IMG/VR virus record: IMGVR_UViG_3300032297_000372
Span: 27,614-91,613 of that record
Length of the DNA: 64,000 bases
DNA from: a virus
Reading direction: 5' to 3' (one strand)
Part shown: one piece after another, positions 38,718 through 48,600 of the stretch
Layout: the number at the start of each line of letters is the position of its first letter
Numbering within the stretch: the stretch's first letter is position 1
Translations under genes and position numbers: made by a program
The notes under the pieces: model-generated
Databases searched by the model: none
What the model saw: only the letters and a program-made list of their open reading frames with translations
What the model was told of the DNA's origin: nothing

Positions 38718-39743
38718 ATGGATTTGATAATTAAGCCTACCGAAAGGTGTAATTTTAAATGCACTTTTTGTTCGAGTACAAATATAACTGAAGATAAGTC
38801 TATGGAGTTAGACTTAAATTATATCTATGAATTCTTAAAACGTTTTCCCGAAACCAATACTATAATTGTTAATGGCGGCGATCCATTAATGATGGATCCT
38901 CAATACTATTGGGATTTAATCAAACACCTGGATGAGATTGGTTCACATTCTACCATCTCTTTCACCAGTAATCTTTGGCCATTTTATAAAAATCCTAACA
39001 AATGGAAAGACTTATTTAATCATCCACGAATGGGAGTGACCACATCTTTTCAGTATGGTGGAGGTAGATTGAAAGGTGATCTATCTGAATTTACTGAAGA
39101 AGATTTTTGGAAATGTAGTAATGCGATGTTAGAACATTGTGGTTATAGGCCAGATTTTATTAGTGTTATCACTGAAGAGAATGAACATCAAGCTATCAAG
39201 AATGTAGAACTTGCTAAACGCATGAGTGTTGAATGCAAACTTAACTATGCAATGAGTAGTGGTCCCCCAGTTAAATTTAAAGGCATCATAATGGGACAAC
39301 AAGGTAAACCATATTTGCTAGCAAACATCTATGAAATATATGTTGAGATATGGAAAAAAGGATTATATCCTTGGGAATTTAACACTAAACAGATGATGAA
39401 ACGATTGAAGGGTATGAGTACTTGTTGCCCTCAAAATAGAGAATGTGATGGTGGAATTAGAACATTACAACCATCAGGAGATTATTATTCTTGTGGAGCC
39501 TTTGGAGATGATAAACAATTTCCTATAAATTTTAAACAAGAAATGAATGGGTCTAAAATTTTCCCTATCCGTTCTATTCAAGAATTACAAACCATGACAG
39601 ATGACTGTTATACTTGTCCTATGTTTGAGATATGTAACGGTTGTAAAAAAACTATTAAAGACCATAAAGATTATGGTTTGGCAGAAACCCATTGCCGTAA
39701 AATGAAAACACTATCAAATGATATTATACAATCTAATCAATAA
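38718..39743 (+). CDS. Radical SAM/SPASM domain protein (rSAM-3)
   Basis: IKPTERCNFKCTFC, NGGDP, and CCPQNREC...PSGDYYSC...CYTCPMFEICNGC...HC. Confidence 0.92.
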   Translation: MDLIIKPTERCNFKCTFCSSTNITEDKSMELDLNYIYEFLKRFPETNTIIVNGGDPLMMDPQYYWDLIKHLDEIGSHSTISFTSNLWPFYKNPNKWKDLFNHPRMGVTTSFQYGGGRLKGDLSEFTEEDFWKCSNAMLEHCGYRPDFISVITEENEHQAIKNVELAKRMSVECKLNYAMSSGPPVKFKGIIMGQQGKPYLLANIYEIYVEIWKKGLYPWEFNTKQMMKRLKGMSTCCPQNRECDGGIRTLQPSGDYYSCGAFGDDKQFPINFKQEMNGSKIFPIRSIQELQTMTDDCYTCPMFEICNGCKKTIKDHKDYGLAETHCRKMKTLSNDIIQSNQ

Positions 39744-40236
39744 AGGATATTATCTTTGTAGAGATAATGAACCATTTCAATTTATAGATATCAACACGAT
39801 TGAATGGACAGATAAAGGTACTATACCATTAAGAATGGTTAAAAGAACTGAGTATGTAGAACAAATACTTTCAACTACACAAAAATTTCTGGCTGAGAAA
39901 TATGTTCGACCGATATTTGGTGATTATCACATGGACTATTGCGATCTTGTCAATGGTATGGATGATAATGTTTATGAGTGGCATAATGATTATGAGGAAG
40001 GCAAAGTAAATCTTGGTATACTTTTGTACTTCTCAGATACAGATGAAGAAATCGGTAGCGGTATCGGATTTAGAAATCCTGAAACCAAAATAGAACATGA
40101 CTTTTTTTATCCAAAATCTGGTGATGTATGTTTTCTAAATCATACCACCAAATTCGAACATAGAGTAACTAAACAAAAAATACCAATTCCTAGAATAGTA
40201 GCAAGTTTCCATTATCATGTTGACTCTCTCAATTAA
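39718..40236 (+). CDS. 2OG-Fe(II) oxygenase
   Basis: WHND...LLYFSD...YPKSGDVCFLN...FEHRV......RIVASF. Confidence 0.8.
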   Translation: MILYNLINKGYYLCRDNEPFQFIDINTIEWTDKGTIPLRMVKRTEYVEQILSTTQKFLAEKYVRPIFGDYHMDYCDLVNGMDDNVYEWHNDYEEGKVNLGILLYFSDTDEEIGSGIGFRNPETKIEHDFFYPKSGDVCFLNHTTKFEHRVTKQKIPIPRIVASFHYHVDSLN

Positions 40237-41146
40237 TCCTTGGTATTACTGTAACTATAGATGTGAATTTTGTTACTTAACCGAAGAACAATTATCAGAT
40301 AAAAAATTACTTGATCTTGATCGTTTATCTGAAATGCTTGCGGAAGTTTCTTCACAGTCTAAAATTATGATGGTCGATCTGTATGGTGGAGAATTAGGTT
40401 TACTTCCGAAAGATTATTGGAATTCTTTGATCGACTTACTACACATTTACGGTATATACGATATCAACCTAATAACAAATCTTTCGATGGTTAATGATAT
40501 TACCACAGATGAAAGAGTTTATACCTCGGTCAGTTTTGATTTTGAAGCACGTGAAGACTACCAAAGGGTTTGGCGAAATATGGCCATGTTGAATAAACCT
40601 TTTTCGATTTTGATGTTAGCTTCTCCGAATCTTATTATTAAAGACGTTGGTGAAATGATACAGACTCTTAACGTTCTTAAAAATTTAGAATCTGTTGAAA
40701 TTAAACCCTACAGTACTAATCAGAGTAATCAATTAAACATTAAATACAGTGAATATGAATCTTTTGTGCAAAAGTGGATTACTTATTCTGATAAAAACTT
40801 TTCATTTACAAATGAACTATTGATCGAATCTGTTCTTGATAAAACTCGAAACAGTTTTTCTGACGATCACATTTACATTACTCCAGAAGGTAAATACGGT
40901 GTTTTAGAGTTCGATCTAAATGATAATGAATTCTTTTTGGAATACGATACGTTAGACGAATATTGGCAATGGTGTGAAAAGGAAAAGCATAGAGTTGGGT
41001 TGAATAAATATTGTTCGAATTGCGATTATTACGGTAATTGTTTATCTGAACATTTACGTGAAGTGAAATCGTTGGATGAAAGTTGTAATGGATTTAAAAA
41101 CCTTATAGATTGGTATAAGAATGATCGATTCGGAATGGAAAATTAG
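40217..41146 (+). CDS. Radical SAM protein with atypical auxiliary-cluster domain (rSAM-4)
   Basis: CNYRCEFC, LYGGE, ITNLS, and C-terminal CSNCDYYGNCLSEH...SC. Confidence 0.88.
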   Translation: MLTLSINPWYYCNYRCEFCYLTEEQLSDKKLLDLDRLSEMLAEVSSQSKIMMVDLYGGELGLLPKDYWNSLIDLLHIYGIYDINLITNLSMVNDITTDERVYTSVSFDFEAREDYQRVWRNMAMLNKPFSILMLASPNLIIKDVGEMIQTLNVLKNLESVEIKPYSTNQSNQLNIKYSEYESFVQKWITYSDKNFSFTNELLIESVLDKTRNSFSDDHIYITPEGKYGVLEFDLNDNEFFLEYDTLDEYWQWCEKEKHRVGLNKYCSNCDYYGNCLSEHLREVKSLDESCNGFKNLIDWYKNDRFGMEN

Positions 41147-41537
41147 ACAAGAAATATTTCATCGATTAAACACAAATCATGATGATGATTTAAAATTACA
41201 TCATGTTGTTATTGATGAAGATATCATTCAATCTTCTATAAAATATTTTACAACCACAGAATTGGGGTGGGTATATCCAGCAAAAAGTTATGTTGTCGGT
41301 ATATGTTATGCGAGATGGATTAGTCATTATTTTCAAGAAAGTTTTTATGAGGTCTTAGATGACCCTTCATTATTATATAATAATGATCCTTATTTTGTGC
41401 CTTATAAAGACGATAAATATACTTATGATTGTATAATATCTCAGATAGGTCTAGACTTTGACGAATCGTGTGGTATTATACCAGATATTAAAAGTTATTT
41501 TTTGAAAGAGTTTCAATTAGATGAATCATGGGTTTAA
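41121..41537 (+). CDS. Hypothetical protein (radical SAM cluster accessory)
   Basis: 138-aa ORF overlapping both neighbours, with segments YPAKSYVVGICYA and LLYNNDPYFVPY. Confidence 0.62.
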   Translation: MIDSEWKIRQEIFHRLNTNHDDDLKLHHVVIDEDIIQSSIKYFTTTELGWVYPAKSYVVGICYARWISHYFQESFYEVLDDPSLLYNNDPYFVPYKDDKYTYDCIISQIGLDFDESCGIIPDIKSYFLKEFQLDESWV

Positions 41538-42096
41538 TGACTTTTGGCCAACTACTTTTTATCAGGGTAAAATAGAAGATGATAAAATTTTAGAAGACTT
41601 GGCTAATGAATTTTTTTCTATAAGAAACTTTGACCAAGATTATTCTGAGAAGAATAGTTTTAATTTATTCGACCTAAAGACAGACTCAATTTTAAAATTT
41701 AAAAATGATATAGTTTATCCTGCGTTTAAACTATACCTGAGTAAAGTTTTTAATCAAAATATAGATGATTTTGGTTACAAGATGAAGTCTTGGTTTAACC
41801 AGTCTAGTCTACCTAGTCATAATCATTCTGGCGCACATTTAAGTGCAGTTTTTTATATTTTGTGTAGTAACCGAATAGATGAAGGAAATATCATATTCAC
41901 GGATCCTAGAAGCAATTCGAATCGTGGATACCCGTTGAGTTTTCAAAATATTTTTGAGCCGGTAGTATATCAACCGGTGATGGGAGACTTTATAGTCTTT
42001 CCTAGTTTTGTGTATCATTATGTTAGTGCTTGTTCGTCAACTCATAGATTATGTGTCCCAGTAGATTTATTTTTAGAAAATAAAAAGGTAAAATAG
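41521..42096 (+). CDS. Putative 2OG-Fe(II) oxygenase (TIGR02466/2OG-FeII_Oxy_5-like)
   Basis: SWFN...HNHSGAHLSAVFY...GNIIFTDPR...GDFIVFPSFVYHYV......RLCV. Confidence 0.82.
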   Translation: MNHGFNDFWPTTFYQGKIEDDKILEDLANEFFSIRNFDQDYSEKNSFNLFDLKTDSILKFKNDIVYPAFKLYLSKVFNQNIDDFGYKMKSWFNQSSLPSHNHSGAHLSAVFYILCSNRIDEGNIIFTDPRSNSNRGYPLSFQNIFEPVVYQPVMGDFIVFPSFVYHYVSACSSTHRLCVPVDLFLENKKVK

Positions 42097-42109
42097 ACTA
42101 CTTCGTTTG

Positions 42110-42117
42110 ACTAAATA
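42110..42117 (+). promoter_or_regulatory. Late promoter variant ACTAAATA
   Basis: In the intergenic gap where structural genes resume. Followed by an AGGAG Shine-Dalgarno and the GTG at 42138. Confidence 0.55.
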
Positions 42118-42137
42118 GACAATAAAAAGGAGTTATT

Positions 42138-42470
42138 GTGGCTGAATTTGTAGAACTGACATTAGAACAAGGTGCGACTTTTAATACTGTTATCACGGTA
42201 AGTGATGGTACTGGAGTTAGTCAAAATCTATCTGGATATACTGCCAGATCACAAATGCGTAAATCGTATTATTCTTCCACTAAACAAGACTTCACAGTTT
42301 CAGTTACATCACCTGGCAGTGGCGAAATCACCATGTCTATGAGTGCTGCTAACACCGCAAATTTAACCGCAGGAAGATACGTATATGATGTAGAGATAGA
42401 TAATGGAGCAGGTGCTATAACTCGAATATTTGAAGGTATTATAACAGTATTACCTAATGTCACGAGATAA
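42138..42470 (+). CDS. Small virion structural protein (BppU/collar-like fibre adaptor)
   Basis: LEQGATF..LSGYTARSQMRKSY...TANLTAGRYVYDVEI...RIFEGIITV.P.VT is a common small structural protein of T4-like phages. Confidence 0.7.
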   Translation: MAEFVELTLEQGATFNTVITVSDGTGVSQNLSGYTARSQMRKSYYSSTKQDFTVSVTSPGSGEITMSMSAANTANLTAGRYVYDVEIDNGAGAITRIFEGIITVLPNVTR

Positions 42471-42473
42471 AAA

Positions 42474-42677
42474 ATGCCAATACAAATTCAAGTAAAACCT
42501 CAAAAGACAACAGTTGCATCGGTCACTGTTGCACAGACAGCAAATCTTGCAATGCAACAGATATCAAATGTTGTAGTTCCTAACAATATAGCTGATGGAT
42601 TTGTTTTAACCTACGAAGCTTCCTCTGGTAAGTTCGTATTTAAAAACGTCCCTCCTGTAACTGGCGGATCTTTCTAA
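42474..42677 (+). CDS. Small hypothetical structural protein
   Basis: 67 aa, containing DGFVLTYEASSGKF and ending in GGSF. Tightly packed between its neighbours. Confidence 0.6.
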   Translation: MPIQIQVKPQKTTVASVTVAQTANLAMQQISNVVVPNNIADGFVLTYEASSGKFVFKNVPPVTGGSF

Positions 42678-42678
42678 C

Positions 42679-45600
42679 GTGGCTACCTCATTAGTAATAA
42701 AATATTCCGTAGCGAATAACGCTCCTGCGGCCGGCAGTTTGTTTGCAGGTGAACAGGCATATTCGTTTGTTTCTGATGTATTGTTTATAGGACATCCAGA
42801 TGGTTCTGTACAGAACACTGGTGGTTATTACTACACTCAGATTATAGATTCTAGAACAACTCAAGCAATTCCAAATACACTAGTACTAAGAACAGCACAA
42901 GGTAATATTGTAGCTAATAGTTTTGTTGGTACAGTTACAGGTAGTCTTTTCGGAACTGCAAATGCGGCTAGAGTATTAGCAAACACCATCACAATGACTT
43001 TGACTGGCGATGCAAATGCCAGAATAACAACCAATGGGTCAGGTAATAACAGTTACGTATTAACATTGAATACGACTGGAGTTGTAGCAGGAACATACGG
43101 TGGTGCATCTAACATTCCTGTGTTTACAGTCGATGAAAAAGGACGTTTAACTCAGGTAGCAAATGCTGCTATTTCAGTTGCAAGTGAAGCTTATACTATT
43201 AGTGCTTATAGTACTGCAAATAATGCTTTTCATAAGGCAAATGCTGCGTTTGAAGCTGCCAATGCAGCAACACCACAATTTGCTCAAGGTGCATATAATA
43301 CTGCTAATGCGGCTTTTATAGCCGCAAATACTCCAAGTCACGTTGCGAATTCATCAGCAGTATATGCTAATGGTGCATTTGCAGCTGCTAATAATGCAAA
43401 CGCAAGATCAATAAGTGCAGGTATATACGCTAATGCGGCATTTGCATTGGCAAATTCTTTTGGTGGTACAACCGATGCATTAGCTAGAACTCGTGCAAAT
43501 GCTTCTTTTGAACAAGCCAATGGAGCAAGTCAATATGCAAATTCGGCATTCAATCAAGCAAACATAGCATATTCATTAGCCAATTCAGTTTATGCACCAA
43601 CACTAGCAGCACTCGAAACTGTAAACCTACTTGCATCAAATCAAGCAAATATTTCTTTCAATACGGCATCGGTTAGTGCTAATGCTTCTGGTGCGTTTGA
43701 TAAGGCAAATGCAGCCTTTGCGGTTGCGAATACAAAGTTTAATACAACTGGTGGTACAATTACAGGTAACATGGTTGTTGCTGGTAATCTAACGGTCAGT
43801 GGAAATATAACGTATGTAAACACCAATGAGTTAAACATTGGTGATAATATCATTACACTCAATGCAGATTTACCAACATCGACTGCACCAACACAAGATT
43901 CTGGTATAGAAGTTAATCGTGGTAGTTCTGCAAATGTGGCATTTAAATGGAGTGAATCTGCACAGAAATGGCAGTACACAACCGATGGTACAGTTTATAA
44001 CAACGTTGCTTCTGAACTAGCAGGAATATATGCTAATGCAGCATTCGCCAAGGCTAATACTGCAATCTCTGATGCTGCTATTGCTGCTGGCGCAGCTGCA
44101 GCTGCCGAAGCTTTAGTTTCTACTGTTGATGGTAAGTTAAATGTATTAGATGCTAAAGCAAATACAATTTTTGTACGTGCAAATACTCCAAGTGGTACTG
44201 CAAACTCAGCTGCAATATATGCTAATGCTGCTTTTGATAAAGCAAACTTAGCCGATCCTATTAGAATTAATTTAGCATTTAACTCTGCAAATGCTTCTTT
44301 TGATACTGCTAACCTTGCATTATCTACAGCAAGAAATTCTTCTAATGTTGCTAATGCTGCGAGTGATGCAGCAAACAATGTTACTAATGCATATAATCAA
44401 GCAAATGCTGCCTTTAATACAGCTAACACGGCAAGAAGTATTGCTCTAGCGGCATTCGGAAAAGCAAACTCAGTTATTGATTTTGCAAACGGAAATACGG
44501 CATTAAATGTTGCGAATGATGCAAGTTCAACCGCCAATCTAGCTATTAATTTGGCAAGTTATGCTGCTAATACTGTAAATAGTGCTTTAGGTGGAACTGG
44601 TTTAACCTCATATGCAGCCAATACAGCTAATGCTGCCTTTGCTGCGGCAAACGGAAAACTATCATTAACTGGTGGTACAATCACTGGTGATTTGCGAGTT
44701 GACGGTAATGTAACTTTTAATGGTTCATCCGCAACACTTGATGTATCTACATTAAGAATTCGAGACGATCAAATTGATTTAGCTTATAATCAATCGGGTG
44801 TACCAACACAAAATGTAGGATTTAGAGTTATACGTGGAGATGAACCTCCTGTACAATTACGATGGAATGAATCTGATAATCAGTGGGAATTTACTAACGA
44901 TGGTATAACATTTAATGCTTTAGGTTCTGGTATTGCTGTTGCCGCTAATACAGCTAATGCATCTTTCATTACTGCTAATTCTGCTACCATATATGCTAAT
45001 GCTGCTTTCGTAACATCTAATTCAGCAGCAGTCTATGCTAATAGTTCTTTTATCACTGCTAATTCAGCCGCAATATATTCTAATGCCGCCTTTGAAGCAG
45101 CCAATTCAGCAGCAACTTATTCTAACTCTTCATTTGCAGTATCTAATTCAGCTGCAATATACGCCAATAGTTCTTTTAGTGTATCTAATTCTGCTGCGAT
45201 ATATTCTAATGCTGCTTTCATAGCATCTAATTCAGCATCAGTATATGCTAATGCCGCATTCGCAGCTGCAAACGGTAAGTTTAGTAGTTCAGGTGGAACA
45301 GTAACGGGTAATGTAATTATTACTGGAGACTTAGGTCTTGTTTCTAACACTATACTATTAAACTCTGATTTAGATTCTTTGGCTATTCCATTCGAAGATT
45401 CTGGAATTAAAGTCAACCGTGGCACTGCAATAAATGTAGCTTTACTGTGGAATGAAACTGTAGATTCTTGGCAACTTACCGATGATGGTGTTAACTATGC
45501 GAACATAGCATTAGAATCTGCTGATGTATATTCAAATGCTGCATATTTAACGGCTAATGCGAGTTTCTTACAAGCAAATGCATCTTTCTTTCACGCAAAT

Positions 45601-48600
45601 GCTGGATTCGAAGTTGCTAATAGTGCAGGTTTCTATGCCAACGGTGCCTTTACAGGTGCAAACACCGCAAATACAAATGCAATAAACACGAGTAGATATG
45701 CTAACAGTGCATATGCAGTTGCTAATAGTGCATCTATTTACGCTAACGGCGCATTTACATCCGCTAATACAGCAGATGTAAAAGGTACTAGTGCGGGTCA
45801 TTATGCCAACGGTGCATTCACAACCGCAAACACCGCACTCGATAAAGCCACAAGTGGTAGTAACTACGCCAACGCTGCCTTCACTACTGCAAATACAGCA
45901 GACGACAGATCAATATCAGGTTCTAATTATGCTAACGGTGCATTTACTGCTGCTAATACTGCGGATACTAAAGCTGTAAATTCAGGTCATTACGCTAACG
46001 CTTCATTTACAACTGCTAACACGGCTGATGATAGAAGTACTAGTGCTGCGAATTATGCCAACTCTTCTTTCCTTGCTGCCAATACCGCAGATACTAAAGC
46101 AACAAGTGCTGGTAACTATACTAACGCAGCATTCACTTCAGCTAACACAGCAGATGATAAAGGTTCTAGTGCGGGTTTCTATGCTAATGGTGCATTCTTA
46201 GCAGCTAATACTGCTGACAGTAAAGCAATAAGTGCTGGTAACTACGCTAATAGTTCTTTCATAGTTGCTAACGCTGGTGGTATAATTGCTGTCAGTGCCG
46301 GTAGTTACGCTAATGCAGCATTCATAAGTGCGAACACCGCAGACGCTAAAGCTGTTGAAGCAAGTAATTATGCTAACGGTGCCTTCACTGCTGCAAATAC
46401 GTCTGACGCTAAAGCCACAAGTGCTGGTAATTATGCTAATGGATCGTTTACTAGAGCAAACTCTTCTGGCGATTATGCCAACTCTTCTTTCGCTGCAGCC
46501 AATACTGCTGATGCTAAAGGTACCAGTGCTGGCAATTACGCTAATGCATCGTTCTCTACAGCTAACACGGCATTAGATAAAGGAACAAGTGCTGGTGAAT
46601 ATGCTAACAGTTCTTTCTTTAAAGCCAATGCATCTGGTACATTAGCACAGGAAGCATTTGATCGAGCAAATACGAAATTCAATACTTCTGGTGGTACGAT
46701 AACAGGTAACGTTAGTGTTACTGGCGACCTTACTGTTACTGGAAATATTTCATATTCAGGCAATGTAACTTCTGTTGCTATTTCAGGTAATACAGGTAGT
46801 TTCTTTGGATATGCTGCGAATGGATTTAATGCGTTATATGCTGGTATACCTTCAGGATATCTAACACAACCTCAGATTGTATTTCAAGTTAGTGCTAACT
46901 ATGATGGTTATTCAGCGATTGGAATTCAGAATATTAATCCAGGTCCCAACTCATCAGGTGACCTGTTTATCACAGCTGATAATGGAACATCAGTAGATAC
47001 TTACTTAGATTTAGGTTTAGCAAGTAGCACTTATAACTATGAAGGTTTTGAAATAATTAAACCTAATGATGGTTACTTTATCGTTTCTGGTAATACAACT
47101 ACTGGTGGTGGTAATGTAATTATAGGCACAGGTTTAGTAAATGATATTTTATTTACTACTAATGGATTTACAGATACAAATGTAGTGATGAGAATAACGG
47201 CAGCTAATAATGTTGTTATTCTGCCGACTGTTCCTAGTATATCAAAAACAACTGGTGCATTAACAGTTGCTGGTGGTGTGGGTATTCAAGGCAATGTTTA
47301 TGCTGATGCAATCTATACTGATAACTACTATTTCAATAATGGTACTTTGTTATCAACACTATCAAACGCTGCATTCGAGAAAGCAAATTCAGCTGGTAAC
47401 TATGCTAACTCGGCTTTTGGTAAATCAAACACAAATGCAAGTGATATTACAACAGTATCATATTATACAAATTCAGCATTCTCTGTAGCTAACACGGCCA
47501 GTTCCACATCTATTAGTGCAGGTAATTATGCTAATGCAGCATTTGCTTTAGCTAATAGTGGTGGCGCAGGCGCAACTCCATTTTACGCTAATGCGGCTTT
47601 TGTTGCGGCCAATACTGCTGATGAGAAGGCAGTTAATGCAGGTTTCTATGCTAATGGTGCCTTTACTACTGCTAACACGGCTGACGCAAAAGGCACAAGC
47701 GCTGGTCATTATGCCAATGGTTCCTTTGCTGCTGCAAACACCGCAGATGGCAAGGCAGTTAATGCTGGTAATTATGCCAATGCTGCCTTTGCTTTAGCGA
47801 ACACTGGAGGTTCAGGTGCAACTCCATTCTATGCTAATGCAGCTTTCTCTAAGGCAAATACTGCCGACACCAATGCAATTAATGCTGGTTATTATGCAAA
47901 TGCATCATTCTTAACAGCCAACACCGCAGACGATAGAAGTACCAGTGCTGCAAATTATGCCAATGGTTCGTTCACATCAGCAAACACCGCAGATGGTAAA
48001 GCAGTAAATGCGGGTCATTACGCTAACGCTTCATTTACAACTGCTAACACGGCTGATAATAGAAGTACTAGTGCTGCGAATTATGCCAATGGTGCATTCG
48101 CACAATCAAACACAGCAACAACTAATGCTTCGACCGCTGACAGTAAAGCAGTCAATGCTGGTAACTATGCTAATGGTGCTTTCTCTAAGGCTAATACAGC
48201 TGACGATAGAGGAACAAGTGCAGGATTATATGCCAATGGTGCATTTGCTCTATCTAATACAAATTCTTTTAATCTAATAGGAGCATCTAGTTATGCCAAT
48301 GGTGCTTTCGCCAAGGCTAATACTGTCGCCACAGATTCTTACAATGCTGGTAATTATGGTAATACTGCATTTGCTTATGCTAATACTGCATTAGATCAGT
48401 CTGCAAGTGCTGGTTTTTATGCTAATGGTGCATACGCTACAGCAAATACAGCTAACACAAATGCGATTAATGCTGGTAATTATGCCAATGCTGCATTCAC
48501 TTTAGCAAACACATTATCTTCTGGATCGGCAGATCCTTGGGGTAGAATACAAGCTAACTTAGCATATAATACTGCGAACACAGCAGATGCTAAAGGTACT

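Noticed and set aside
33349-41146. rSAMs as DNA-modification or cofactor enzymes (QueE, MoaA, NrdG, viperin-like)
   Set aside because: No queC/queD/folE/dpdA, nrdD or moa genes lie nearby. The C-terminal SPASM-like Cys clusters and the late structural context fit peptide or protein maturases better. Not formally excluded.
41003-41419. AATAAATA (41003) and GATAAATA (41412) inside cluster genes as extra late promoters
   Set aside because: Imperfect matches inside very AT-rich coding DNA, likely chance. There is no supporting evidence.
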